NCBI GenBank assembly: GCA_973895155.1
Contig: OZ316897.1
Span: 17,094,058 to 17,158,057 of the forward strand
Length of the DNA: 64,000 bases
Source: Marsupella aquatica
Taxonomy: Eukaryota; Plantae; Marchantiophyta
Direction: 5' to 3'
Below the pieces are notes generated by a model. That model was not told the origin of the DNA, did no database searches, and saw only the letters and a list, made by a program, of their open reading frames with translations. The translations under genes and the position numbers were made by a program. Positions 35,337 through 48,528 of this stretch are shown piece by piece. Numbering within the stretch: the first letter of the stretch is position 1; each line of letters starts with the position of its first letter.

Positions 35337-37061
35337 ATGACTAGCTTGCTGACGCCGAAAGGTGTTTCGGAGTCGACTATTTGCCAATTCTGGACGAATG
35401 TCCGCCAAACACCTTCTCTTGCTTCCTCTCTGAGGGTGCTGTTACCGACTTCCTCATCGATATGCAATGTTGGCACCTCGAAGATCTCATGCGACTACAG
35501 CAGCGACATTAGAAGCTCAACCAGAGGTCCTATTGGAGGTTTCTCCACCCGGTTGATTTCCAGACGAGAGGCGCGAGGATTCTTGCGCTGCCATGCTGTC
35601 AGCCGCAACAGGCAGGAGGAGGTGTCCGTTCTCGATGACCAGCAGCAGGCCTACGTGAAATCCTTCGTGGAGGAATTCCGCGCCACATGCGCCACTCCGC
35701 TGGAGAGGCTGTTCGACGTGATGGACGCAATGGTGGCAGAGTTCGAGGCAGGGTTGGCGGCGGAGGGCGAGGACCTGAAGATGCTGCCTGCCTTTCTCGA
35801 GACTTTGCCAACCGGAGAGGAGAAGGGATGCTTTTACGCCTTGGATCTGGGCGGGACCAACTTCCGGGTTCTCCGAGCGAGATTTGGAGGGGAACAGGGG
35901 CTGCTGAATCAGGACTCGGCAACCTACACAATCCCGCACGAACTCATGGTGGGCGAGAACGACGACCTGTTCGACTTCATCGCCGGGAAGCTGGGAGATT
36001 TCGTGTCTCGGGAACAGGAGATTCACAGTGACGCGCATCGGAAGAGAGAGCTGGGATTTACCTTCTCTTTCCCCGTCCAGCAACACTCGATTGCATCCGG
36101 GACTCTCATCCACTGGTCGAAGGGCTTCAACGTGAAAGGGACAGTGGGCAGAGACATCGTGACTGTGCTCCGAGATGCCATCAAGCGAAAAGGGCTAGAC
36201 CTGGAAGTGGCTGCTTTGGTTAATGACACCGTGGGTTGTCTGGCTGAGGGCCGATACAATAACAAAAATGTCATGATGGCTGTGATTTTTGGCACTGGCA
36301 CGAATGCCTGCTACGTAGAGGACAACGCAGCTGTGCCGAAGTGGAAAGGGCCTCCCCCTGCGTCTGGCAAGCATGTGATCAATACAGAGTGGGGCAATTT
36401 CAATTCGCCCACCCTGCCTCTCACCTTTGCCGATGAGGAACTGGATCGGGAGTCTGTCAACCCTGGTCATCATATATTCGAGAAGCTGATGTCTGGTATG
36501 TATTTGGGCGAGATTGTGAGATTAGTGATACTGAGAATGGCCCAAGAGGGCGCTATATTCGCCGACTATACAACAGGGAGAATGTCAGAGAAGTGCTCGA
36601 TGGGTACCCCTGACATTTCTAAGATCCATGCGGATCAGTCTGCTTCCCTGGATGTTGCGGGAGAGTTTTTGTTCAAGGTGTGGGGAATCCCTTCGAGCAC
36701 CTTGGAGGAAAGAAAGATCGTTGTCTCTATAATCGAGATTGTTACTCGTAGAGGTGCGAGATTAGCGGCCGCTGGCATAGCAGCGCTCCTGAAGAAAATT
36801 GGTAGATGTGGAGGCAGAACTGCTAATGAGAATGGCAACGGCAACGGTGCGGCCTATGAGGCGAAGACTGTAGTGGCAATGGATGGTGGGCTCTTTACGC
36901 ATTATTCTCAGTTCAGAGAATACATGCTTGAAGCTGTCGATCAGATCCTGGGGAAGGAAGCAGCCAGCAATGTTTCCATCAAGCTTTCGAAGGACGGGTC
37001 AGGTATTGGGGCGGTGCTCTTGGCTGCCTGCCACTCAAAGTATCCCAAGGAGCTGCACTGA
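35337..37061 (+). CDS. HXK: Hexokinase, intronless, with a putative plastid transit peptide, 574 aa
   Basis: Motifs LKMLP, ALDLGGTNFRV, LGFTFSFP, VNDTVG, GTGTNACYVE, INTEWGNF, FEKLMSGMYLGEIVR, DGGLF and DGSGIGA. A Ser/Arg-rich ~85-aa N-terminal extension ends in LRCHAV. Confidence 0.97.
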   Translation: MTSLLTPKGVSESTICQFWTNVRQTPSLASSLRVLLPTSSSICNVGTSKISCDYSSDIRSSTRGPIGGFSTRLISRREARGFLRCHAVSRNRQEEVSVLDDQQQAYVKSFVEEFRATCATPLERLFDVMDAMVAEFEAGLAAEGEDLKMLPAFLETLPTGEEKGCFYALDLGGTNFRVLRARFGGEQGLLNQDSATYTIPHELMVGENDDLFDFIAGKLGDFVSREQEIHSDAHRKRELGFTFSFPVQQHSIASGTLIHWSKGFNVKGTVGRDIVTVLRDAIKRKGLDLEVAALVNDTVGCLAEGRYNNKNVMMAVIFGTGTNACYVEDNAAVPKWKGPPPASGKHVINTEWGNFNSPTLPLTFADEELDRESVNPGHHIFEKLMSGMYLGEIVRLVILRMAQEGAIFADYTTGRMSEKCSMGTPDISKIHADQSASLDVAGEFLFKVWGIPSSTLEERKIVVSIIEIVTRRGARLAAAGIAALLKKIGRCGGRTANENGNGNGAAYEAKTVVAMDGGLFTHYSQFREYMLEAVDQILGKEAASNVSIKLSKDGSGIGAVLLAACHSKYPKELH

Positions 37062-39056
37062 TGGGTGCCCATTTTCCAGGAGATTAGTATAACATGAAAT
37101 GATGAAAACCATTAGAGAAAACTATGCATGTATGGCAGCTAAGTTAGATTCCCGATGATTTATTTCACCTAGTTCAATAATGAGCGGGCGCCTTAATGGG
37201 TTTACACCTTGTCTCTGGAGTCCCTTGACCCATGAGAAGACTTTCAATCCAACAGATGTGCCTTGTTATTACTGAAGAAGTTTTCCAGAAGGCCACCTTG
37301 GTCTCACTTTTCTTCATCGAGATGCGATCCTCCTAGCTCTGTTCTGCAGACTGTACTAGTGTGGGGCATTAGTTGACGTTGACCGTTGGTTGACTCTTGG
37401 GTCGCGCTCTGTGACATTATTTTGCTTTATCATGGGCTCCATCTGTACGTGAGAATCTATCTGTCCACGCTGTAAACAACTTCGACAACTCCCAACCGTT
37501 TTCCGGTGAATCAGGATACACCTACAATGTACTTGACTTCTATATACGCTGCCATTTCCACTGTACAGCACAAGAGGACTCCGATCGGTTCGTAGTCTTG
37601 TGAATCCCTCGCCTTTGGTCAATTAGATTGGTTTTGTACTTTTCCGGACTGTTGTCCTAGCTGGATTGACTCACATGGGCCGTGTGAGTTGCCCTTTTGA
37701 ATCCAGCTTCGGTTTTTCTGTCGAAGGGGAGTACGAGTGAATCTACACTACAGTCTAAAGGTGCCTCCTGCTCCTAGTGGGCTGTTTTCCTTTCACGCCA
37801 GGTACCAACTCCCGCTCGATGCAAGGTCAATGATATCAGTTTCTACTAGTTTGAGCCTCAACATGTCTAATGTACCCTATTGACACCGTCACTTACCTTG
37901 AGTTTCCCAATTTTAAGTTTACTCTTTGGCTGGTTTCATGAGCAGCGTTTACTGTCCTAAGGGTTCTGAAGATAATCCGTCATTTCGTTTAATTGAACAT
38001 TTTCGGGACCGTTCAGTCGTATTGAATCCAGTTACCATTCTACTGAAGTGGATATGAGCGCTATGATTTGTCCAAAGAGAGAAACCATAATGTGTGACTA
38101 AAGATACATAGCTACGCTTGGCATTCGATCAGAAGTTGTAACTTGACTGTGAGCACCATGTCATACTGACACTTATTGGTGCAAATGAGGTATACATCAA
38201 GGATCGTCCCTGCGGGAGTCCAAAGGGAAGAAGCGCCACGGTTACATAGAAGAAAGCAAGTGCCACTCTACCCATTGTGCCGGATGGTTCAACGAAGGAG
38301 CACGTGCACCACTGAATCTGCATTGTACCTATCGAGTGACCGAGTCTTATTGCGCCATCGGTTTCGATTCAATCAAACCTACAGTACCGTGTCGGTGGCC
38401 ATCCCCGATCATGTTTTTCCATTCTGTAATCCGCGGTGTCTAGTGGGGCCACCAAACCTGATTGCTTGATTAAATGCGCAGATGCCTTTGTTTCAATGGT
38501 TCTGTTTGCGAGCTGCAAGGGATTGGCTTGCTGAGTGTTCAGTTTCGTAATCAGGAACTGCCCAGAGTACCGATATGAATTAAGTGCAAAGCTTATTAGC
38601 TGGGAGGTCCTGTTGAGGCCTTTCGAGGTTGGTGTAGGTTGCCTGAGGTGTGGGTGTTTGGTATTCCATTGCATAATTCCAATTCGTTTTATAATCTGGA
38701 ATTTTTCCAGGCCCGTAGTACGTGCTGGTGGTACCGAAGGTAGCTGGAGGATTTTCCAATTCTGGGACTATATTTAAAGGCCCAATGGACGAATTGTTGG
38801 ACGTGGCGTGGCTTCACCATGTTGGTCGAGCCCAATTGAACCCAGGACCTCTCTGGCACTCTGTATAAGCAATCTAGCCCCACTTTCGTCCTGTCAATAA
38901 GTAAGAACGCTCTATAACTGGTTAGCTTGGCTTTTGGGCCCTCACTCTTTTATCATCTCTTCTGCTTTATGTTAGCCCTGGCAAAGCTGGGTGAAAAAGA
39001 GATTCTCGTTCGCTAATCAGAAAAACACAAGAATTAGAACAACCTGTGGCCTCTGC

Positions 39057-39119
39057 GTTTGCGAGCAAGAACATTGTCTGGTCTATTCGTTTGCGAGCAA
39101 GAACATTGTCTGGTCTATT
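39057..39119. repeat. 32-bp tandem duplication
   Basis: GTTTGCGAGCAAGAACATTGTCTGGTCTATT occurs twice. Confidence 0.9.
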
Positions 39120-39764
39120 GGTTGAGTGGGAATACCCACGAAGAACTTTATGCTAGAAATTGGAAATTGGGAGTGTAACTCTAAATGGATTGCATGCATT
39201 GAACATGGTTCAAGTCCTCGTCTTTCAGAAGGCTCACTTACGAGCTCATTTTGTTGAAGAACTTTGACGTTGATGAACTTTTGTGCATTTGTTCCTAACA
39301 ACTAGGGATCTGTACTGACGAATATTTAGAACATATACGTTCCGCTGTGCACAAATTGTCCAACCTCCCCCACAATCTCAAAGAAATGGAACTTCAGATT
39401 GACTAAGATTATCCCTCGAGAACGCCACCATCCTGAAAACGAGCAGCAAACAGGAGAACAAATGTGGCATTCAACCGTTTTGTCTTCAACGATATGGCCT
39501 TGGTGCAAAGATGTAGTGAACAGCAATGCAAATGTGAACTCTGTCTCTTGAAACAGCAAAGACTCGAGAATACGCCAATGGTGACATTAAAGACCATTTC
39601 ACAATAGTTCACATCGTACCATCGAGAAGAAGAAAAGTATTAAAGTCTCTATGGCTTGCATTGGACATCGAAGGCATATAACCGACACCACGAGAAACTG
39701 TAGACTTTCAGGCTTGGCCAAAATAAGACTTTAGTCGCTTGAGCTTTCAATTTCTGTACCTACT

Positions 39765-40011
39765 AGGGTGTCTCAAAGGTGACAATTTGATGGAGCTTCA
39801 CCTTAGTTGTGGGTTAAGGACACAAAAGCTACAACCCACTAAAGTCATAATCCATAACTTTGTTGCCATAAGGATTGGTCTTATGCCATCACGTCACTGT
39901 ACCTAGAGGCTAGTTTAAGAAAAAACCAATTTTTTTTACATAACCTTGAGAAAAAGTTATGACCATTCTTGTATGGCTGAATGCCCTAATTTCTAAGCTT
40001 TGAGAAGTCTT
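39765..40011. mobile_element. ~250-bp MITE of the AGGG..TCTCAAA family
   Basis: Left end ACT|AGGGTGTCTCAAAG; degenerate right end CTTTGAGAAGTCTT|ATT. The interior is similar to 14440-14600. Confidence 0.6.
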
Positions 40012-41513
40012 ATTAAATAAGTCCTAATTTTGAAGCTGCTCAACATCCAAATTTCCATTATTATGCAAAAGCGGTTATGGGGCAGAATTTACTAGACTTC
40101 AAATTAACTGCTTAATTATTTTGATATATGTGAGTGAGAGTTGACAGGAGTATGCACTGATTCATTCAACTGCAGGGCAGACAGGCATGCAGAATTCCCA
40201 AGACTCAGGGGGCTTGCTCAACTTCTCAGAAACACGTTAAAGAATCACTACCAGATGGGAGCCAGTGCAACCCCAACAAAGAATCAAAACAAAATCAGTT
40301 TGCCTCAGCACCTTCAAGTGCTTCTTCACTCTATTCATTCATTGTAAAGTCAATGGAAAACCTGAAAAGAGACTTGTGTTTGACCGTAGCTCAGCTGTCC
40401 TCGCTAGTGTAACACTCCCCTGTTTTCTAGTCTCCCCATACTTAGCCCATTCCTGGTCAGCCATCCCATTGCCTAGACCATAGAGGAGTTTGGTGTAAGA
40501 GTCAGCGTCGCCAAAGCTAATTGGTGGAGTAGTTGAGTTTTGCAACTAATTCTTTACCATATATTTCATGTGTTTGAGTGACCATATATACTTGTAAACA
40601 TTGTGTGGTTTGTTTTATGCGATTACTTTGGGTTTGGTAGGCACAATATGGGTTGTGAATTGACGTTCAGCAATTGCATTTGGGACTAGTTTTCAATTGG
40701 AAAGCTTTAGAGGGCTACATGATTGTTCTAAGAACAGAGCTAAACCCAATGTAATAATTCCAGCAATTCAGGCATAACAAGATGACATCCTGGCCAAATC
40801 CTAAGTCAATAAATGACATGATGTGTTGCTGTAAATTTGCCCAGGCATATATCATTCCAATCCTAAATATGACATGGTAGTCCTCTTTAAGTACTCCTCA
40901 GACAACCCATGTCATAAATATGACCAAAAGGGGTTGCACTTAAGACTACCTATGAGTCACAAAAGAGACAACCCGCCTATGCTCTGTTCCAAAGCGAGTC
41001 ACTCAAGATTATGACCGACAAGTCATGTGTACTCATGTTTCAAAATAACCACGAGTCATATCTTGTCACAACAATTGCATGTGGTACCCTAAACCTTGGC
41101 AATTTGTATGACAAATTAGTCATGAGCATTCACAAGTTTCTCTCAAAATTGGACCTCCTTTCAAGTTATAAAAGTGACCAGGTAGTCATGATCAGTCACT
41201 TCCCAAGACCAAACAAAGCCAATACTTGATCATTAAGTTTTGGGCTTGCCCCTTTGCATTCAAAATAAATAAAAATATAAAAAATATAAAATACTTGATC
41301 ATAAAGATCACTTGGTGGTCACTTTTTTGACCAGACCGTCCGATCTGGTCAAGGTTATATGTACAATCGTGGTCACTTTTAGTCACAAGCCAAGTCTCAA
41401 GCGGCAGTCACTAACACGAGTGAATTCAGACCAATGAATAAGATGCTATTAAGTCTTACTTACGATAGGCTTGATAGGTGCCAAACTGTAGTAAAAGTAC
41501 TCAGGTTGAGTCG

Positions 41514-41619
41514 TCAAACATAGTCTGTCACAACATCACCCTATTTCTACTACTGGAGTGAAACATCAAACATAGTCTGTCACAACATCACCCTATTTCT
41601 ACTAGTGGAGTGAAACATC
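41514..41619. repeat. 52-bp tandem duplication
   Basis: TCAAACATAGTCTGTCACAACATCACCCTATTTCTACTA(C/G)TGGAGTGAAACA occurs twice. Confidence 0.9.
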
Positions 41620-44422
41620 TAGACAGTGACTGTGGGGTAAATAATTATACGGTTAGGAGTAGAACCATAAATAAGCATACAATATACAACAAAACTTGGA
41701 GATTCAGGAATTCAGGCATTCAGGCTAGTCTTTAGTGTAATTTGTTAGTGAAGTGTACCATTCTTGATCCTAGTACTTGCACTGGTAGTCAGACGCTAAT
41801 TGGTAGACTAAAGCCACCCACGCCAGTAATCAATGTCTCCGTCTCGTAGCCGAAAAATTTAGATGTAAACTTGTGAGTAGGGAGTATGATTGGGCAATTC
41901 TTCATTTGCCTTCTCAAGACTACTAGTGTCTTGCCCCAAACACAACGCCATGGCCTTGTACTTGAGTAGTGGGCCATGGGGCGCTCTATTTGAGTAGTGT
42001 GATTTGGGGTATTGTATTTGAGTTTTCAGCTTTTGTACTTGTAGGTAATTGTGTTTGAAAACGGACATTGTATTCAAATATTGGTTTTGTGTTTGAATAG
42101 TAGAATTGTCCTAGGATACATGAACTTTTTACTGTTTGTGCCCAATGTAGATCAGATTAGGGTCAAAACTCAAAGACAACATCCAACTCAAACCCAATGT
42201 CAATATTCAAACACTCGAGCATTCTGTAAAAAAGACGACATGTTCGAGTTGAAATGTGTTTTTTTTGTCATGGGACCCCTAGGACCCAAACCTTTCCATT
42301 TTTTGAACACAACACTATTAATGGCTCTGTGTTTAGGGGAAGATGGTAGCTTGATTACCCATTCCTTCAAGATAAATAGACATGAGGTCAGGAGAAATAA
42401 AACCTTGCAAAGAAAAGGATTCCATGCTCTTTCATGTTCAGTTGTGCCCCATCCCTGTGTTTTGGTGTGTACCTTCACTTTCAATTATGCTCTGAATTAG
42501 AGTCACATTCTAGAAGGTAGACACTAGTTTGATTGCCCTTTATTAGGTAGATTTCGATTTGCAAGTAAAACTCTACTCAACACTTACTAAACACTTGAAA
42601 AACTATTCTAGTATTCCCATACTTAGGTGACAGTGGAGGTAGGCAAAGGAGGGCTTTGAATAACTTTCACTGATTTCTTCATTGATACGTCGGCGGAGTT
42701 TGGTTTCCTATCCATGCCCAAAGCACAATCAAGTTTGTGGTAGATGAACTTTTCATTAAGCTCCTTGACAGCTCCCGATTGCTCAGACCTTTTGCTCCAT
42801 TCATGAAGTGCTCAATCGATTCTACTAGAGCAGAAGATCTTCGTCTTCCGCTCCATACCCAGCTAGGCCTCGATCCCCTCGCTCCATCGTTCTGATTATT
42901 GGGCTGGTTAGCAGCACTCAGAAATGGAAGCCACTTTCTCGCAAAGGTGGTGAATCTTCAAATCCAGTGGACTCCGTCTACGGCAACTAGTCTCGTCGTG
43001 CATCCAGCTCCGACAAATCGATGGATACTTCGCCAAACGTACGAGGCTGAAAAGTTGTCTGCAATGATTCCCGTGGACCTTCCTCAAAAGAGCCCCGAAC
43101 GAGTTACTATGGAATGTCCAGCTATTCAATTCAATTCATTTCTTGAACTGGCACCTTGTGGAGTCCGGAACGATTTGGGAATATCGAGACATTTAATTGA
43201 TTTCATGGCAGCAGGCAGAATACATCGCAATATGTATGAGTATGGACAGCATACGTGAATTCGAGAGAGGAAGAGAGGAAGGGATCCTCTGAAGTGACAG
43301 GACTTTCAAGAGAGGTGGTACAGTGGTGAGCCTGTTCTAAGTCGAGCCAAATTATGTTACTGAGACTGTAAACTCTGAGTGGGTATGTATTACAGAATGA
43401 AGAGTTTGGGCAGCTCAGGCTTCTTTGCAGCTACTCACACTTTAGTGTTGGGCGTTGTAACGTAAAGAAGATGTCACGATACAGACACGTGAAGAGGAAG
43501 CTTTCGAGAAGAGGTAGCTTTCCACGCAGAGTCCAGCCCGTAGAGCACATGTAGCGGTGAAAGGCACGAACAGATTATCAGGTCAGGGAGGAACGCAAGG
43601 CGAATCGATCTTTGATGATTAAAGTTGCCTGGCCTGGGTGCTGACGCAATCACCCCCCGAATCAACCGGAAGCAGTGGCAAACTGGGAAACGTCTTTTTT
43701 TCTCTAGCGATATTAACGTGCCAGCATTCGGACGCGGCCGGTCACGAATTACAGGCGTCATTACAGGCCCGGCAGGCTCCAAAGTAATTCTAGCTGCTTA
43801 TAAGTGAGGTGGTCAGTTTTACTGGAAGGTTTCTTTGGCCCATAATCGAATTGTAACACAGGCGGCTCAAGTAAGCTATTTGCACACTCAACCGCGACCT
43901 TTCAAGGAGGCATCTGTAGCGATCGTTATTATGTTGAACACGACATTCAGAATGATATATATTGCGTCCGAGAATGGCTTGAGGAGCGATTGTATCGCAA
44001 GATCGAGCTATATAAGGTCTTGCGAACATCTCGTTGATTCCAACATACGAAATATCGATCTACAACATCTTCGTTACTTTCTTAATTCGACAATGTACCT
44101 GGAAATTTCTTACTGAGACTTTGATCGAATTGAGATGCCTTCTGTCATCACAAGTCCATGATCTGCTTACGTTTGCAGCAAGAAGTCTACATGCCCACTG
44201 GTCAATTCATTGCCCTTGGACTGAATTTCTTTTCAGTTTTCGAGGAGATCTGAGGGTATTTACGTACAGGATTTTTTTTGAAACTGGATAAATTCGGAAG
44301 CATTCAGCCTGGCTATCTAGCTAGCTCACTTTGACTTTTGTCGGTGGGTGTCGGTGACAACTGTCTGGAACGAATTTGGCCATGTGAACAGATCCAGCTG
44401 CAACTCCAGCAATTGATTAAAC

Positions 44423-47400
44423 ATGGCTCAGTCCAAATGTTCACTTGGCTTCTTCGGCATTCTTTTCCTGGGTATGATAATGTCATCGTGGTCATTACCC
44501 AATTATAGTAGTACGGCCTCTCAACATCTGCCAGAGTCACCTCGTATCGTCCAGATAGTATCTTCGCCGCCCAAGTTCCCACCTGCAAGCTCTCCTCTTC
44601 CGCCACCAAACTCACGGTTTTCTTCCAGGAATTCAACGGAGATCCGGCCAAGAGAAGGCACTAATCCAGACTCAGAATATTTAAGTGCAGCAGTGGAATT
44701 CAACGTGATAGACTATGGCGCAGTGGGGGATGGTACAACGAACGATACTGAGGTATACATACTGGACTGTAGAGAGACACAGCTGAGAGCTATTAATTAG
44801 TTCATAGTTATCCTTCTTGACCACCTGTCTCGGTGTGGGTATATATGTAAGTGTGTCCTACAGATCCCTCCCTCTGTACGTGGAGGTCTTTCTCGTGAAT
44901 TGCCTTGCAGTACGCATGCAAGCTGCACCAGTTTCCCCTTAGTTATGTCTCGACCGAATTGAGTGGTTCCACATTCGCTAGCTCGTTGAATGCGTCTCGG
45001 GTGCCAGGGCAAAGGAAACCAAGTTCCGTATCATGAAGTTGCATGCTACTTCGGAGTATAAGTATGTCTACCTATTTACATGAAACGAGTGTGAATTTAT
45101 AATTGGACTGAGTGACGTAAAGTTTGTGTGGTGCATATATGTGCAGGCCTTTCTAGACGCCTGGAACGCAGCTTGTGCAGTGGACACCGGCTATCTCCAT
45201 GCTCCCGCCGGGTACAGATTTTTGGTTTACCCACTCATATTCAATGGTCCGTGCAAGATAAATATGACCTTCAAGGTAACCAAATGTCAGCTCTACCTTT
45301 AGTAGATTCGAAATCGATTATATATGGTAATTGGTTGTGGACACGCTGAGTTCAAACAATTAATAAGTGCGTCGTGGCCGGTCCATGAAGGAGTGTCTGA
45401 GTTTCCAAGAACGTTCGTAGTGCCTGAACTGGAGCAGTAAGTGGAGGCCCAGCAAATGATTGACTCCTTTTCAAAGAACGTTTGTATTGCCTCGAATAAT
45501 AAAGCGGAGAATTGCAATTCTAATGCTTTTGAAGTGCAGATAAACACGTTGCATAAATTCTCCGAGGTAGAACTGTTGCATTCGAGTCGCAGTCTTGATA
45601 TGTAGGGACAATGACATCATGCATTGGATCTATTTCTAGATTTTCTAATTTGTATGTCACTGTCTAATGAGTAAAGGACTACTTCACGTGCTTGGCCATC
45701 ACATGTCCCTTAGTGTGGATCTATCTGTCGCGAGCAGGTGGACGGCACGGTTATCGCACCACCAGACCGCAGTGTTTGGGATAATTATGGCAGATATTGG
45801 CTGCAATTTAAAAAGGTGACCATGACGATTCAGGGACGGGGTACAATCGACGGACAAGGCCAAGATTGGTGGGCAAAATCCTGCAAAACCATCACGACAA
45901 ATGTAAGCAGTCTCAGATTCTCAGCATTCAAGTTTATTAGAATTAAGTGCCCAACTTCAGCAACAGTACCTGAAGAGTGTAGTAGATGAAACATATGCTT
46001 GAAATGAACCTCTTTGTAGCTAACGGCACAGTTGTGCAAGAGTACTTTGCAGACTTTACTTACAGTCCAGTGAAGAATCTTATATTTGTGGCCCTTCTTT
46101 AGTGACTAATATTGAACTCTAATAAACTGAGAATGGCCTGTTCTGTGTCCCGTTACAGCCCTGCGTGGACGGCCCCACTGTAAGTCATTCAAAACCAGTT
46201 GCTTCTGACCGTTAGTACAGTTCAAAGAAGAAGAAATTTCCCTGCCTGTTACCATTAAAACTTTATCTAATGTTTGTACAAACGTTTCCGGTAGTATTGG
46301 ACTTTAATATCTGTTCTCCAGGCCATGCTTGTTACTAGGCACTCGTAGCTGGCTGGTAGATGTTCAAAGTTGTTACGGGGTGGTTATTCTTTTCTTCTTC
46401 TGTACGTTTGCTTAGGCTATCGCCCTTGCTTTTGTTGGAATAGTTTCTGGAAGGTTTTTTTCCTTGTTTTGGGCCTCCCCTCCAAAAAAAAGAAGGAAAA
46501 AGACAAGTCACTCGAAGAACCATAAACTAAACAAGAGAAGTATCTTTTACGAAAGTTGGTCAAAGAGTGCCATTGCTACATCACAGTATGATCCATAGGT
46601 GATTGATGAGTCATTCGCATTGATGATGCATTCCGTCTAGAACATGACATTGGGGTGGAGAGTGTATGATTCGGCTAAAGGTCTGGGCTGGGTCATCGGA
46701 ATTAGGATAGGGATATACACTCAATTATTTGGGCAGGTTTCAAACTTCTTATCTTTGTAGCTCATGCCAAATAGAGATAATGACTATGGCTAGCTGTTTC
46801 CTGGTCCGATTTGTTAGCTATCGAATTTACTTTCATACAGTCACTAGGCTCAAATTAATATGTCAGGTGGTATTGATTTACCTATAATTATGCATGCGGT
46901 AGCTGGAGGTGAGATGAAAGTCGTCTACTAAGCTGAACATGCGAACCGCCCAACTAATCTGGATACGTTTGCGACCGCAGGCGATAAGTTTTAACTCTTG
47001 CACAAATGTCACGGTAAAGAATGTTGCCATCCAGAATGGCCAACAAATGCACCTTGCATTTGAGAAGTCATCGGGAATTACTGTGAGCAACGTCACAATC
47101 ACCGCTCCCGGAACTAGTCCAAACACAGATGGCATTCACCTCCAGAACTCGAGCTCTGTGTCTATAAAAACAACCAAAATCGCCACAGGTAAATCTTGGA
47201 TTCATATGAATGCATTGACTATTTTCAATCTTATTTAATAGTTTCCCAAGTTCGGGCTCAGGTTGTGAAATCTGCAAGGAAAATACGGAAGTCTTAGTGA
47301 AATTGCGTTCAGACTCTATACATATGATTGATAAGTTGAGGTTATTGGTAAACATTCAACATGAAAGTTATGGGGACTTTTGCAGGGGACGATTGTATAT

Positions 47401-48528
47401 CGATTCAAACGGGATCGTTTAATGTGACTATCAAGAACGTCGGATGTGGACCAGGCCACGGTATCAGGTACGTGTGTATCAAGTTCAACAGGCATTTCCT
47501 TGACCTTAGCGACTCCATGCATATGTTCATTGGCAACCTGGGTTGTGGGCTGGGTGCTGACGGAACACCCCTTTATGTTGCTTAGTGAGATACAACACTG
47601 ATTCTAGAAGACAAATCTAAGCTGCATGAAAGTTTGGAGCCTTGAATTGATCTGTGCTTGGCATTTCGATTTGCTACATTGAGCCCTCAGTAATATCTGA
47701 AGAACTTTAATTATTGGAATATCATATTAATATCATATATCATGCGGATCCTGAAAAGACAAGTCAGTTTTTTGGGGACATGTTTGGTGCAGTGTGGGTG
47801 GCTTAGGAAAGTCTCAATCGAGGGCGGAAGTGTCCGGCTTGGTGGTCGATACGGTAGTTTTCAATGGTTCTACCAACGGTGTGCGTATCAAAACGTGGCA
47901 GGTAATGTATTAAAGCAGAGACATTGCGTGGAAGACCAATAAACCAAGTGGTCAACGTCCTTTCTTGTGATGTAGATGTACCTCGCACAACTGAAACGAT
48001 GTGCAAGATCGGCAACCTAGAGTTTCTTCAACTAACAATATGTTCCGTTTGTGTTCAGTCAAATAGTGTAGAATGCTGAGGACCCAAATGCTGAACGTGG
48101 AAGAGGTTTCCTTAGTAGTTCAATTAACAATTTCTACCACTTAATTAAACTGGAAATACACTCACAATTTGCTGCAGGGTTCATCGGGTTATGCAAACAA
48201 TTTCAGCTTCAAGAATATTAAGATGATCGACACAAAGAATCCAATCTTGATCGACCAGTACTACTGCGACAGCAGTTCTTCCGGATCGTGTACCAACTAT
48301 ACTTCCAACGTTGTGGTGTCGGGCATCAAGTACAAAAATATCACAGGGACATCGCCAACTGCAGCAGCAGTGTCATTCCACTGCAGCGAGACGGTAGCCT
48401 GCACTGGAATCATCCTCTCTGACATTGATTTGGTGCAGACGTCTGGCAGTGCTACGACCTCCTCTTGTGTCGATGCCTACGGCACTGCTGCAGGGACGGA
48501 GGCCCCACCAAGCTGCCTCTCTTCCTAG
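44423..48528 (+). CDS. Polygalacturonase (GH28 pectinase), 8 exons: 44423-44752, 45147-45275, 45738-45902, 46159-46179, 46981-47188, 47386-47467, 47793-47901, 48178-48528 (464 aa)
   Basis: Hydrophobic signal peptide, FNVIDYGAVGDG, and the four GH28 motifs SPNTDG, GDDC, CGPGHGISVG and RIKTWQG. All introns are GT-AG and the exons sum to 1395 nt in frame. Confidence 0.95.

Noticed and set aside
35517-36473. Long antisense and alternative-frame ORFs over hexokinase
   Set aside because: Shadow ORFs of a GC-rich coding sequence.
40860-42490. Regions rich in GTCAT/TGACC and TTTGAG/CTCAAA motifs with partial inverted symmetry
   Set aside because: Probably old TE remnants, but no definable termini or TSD.
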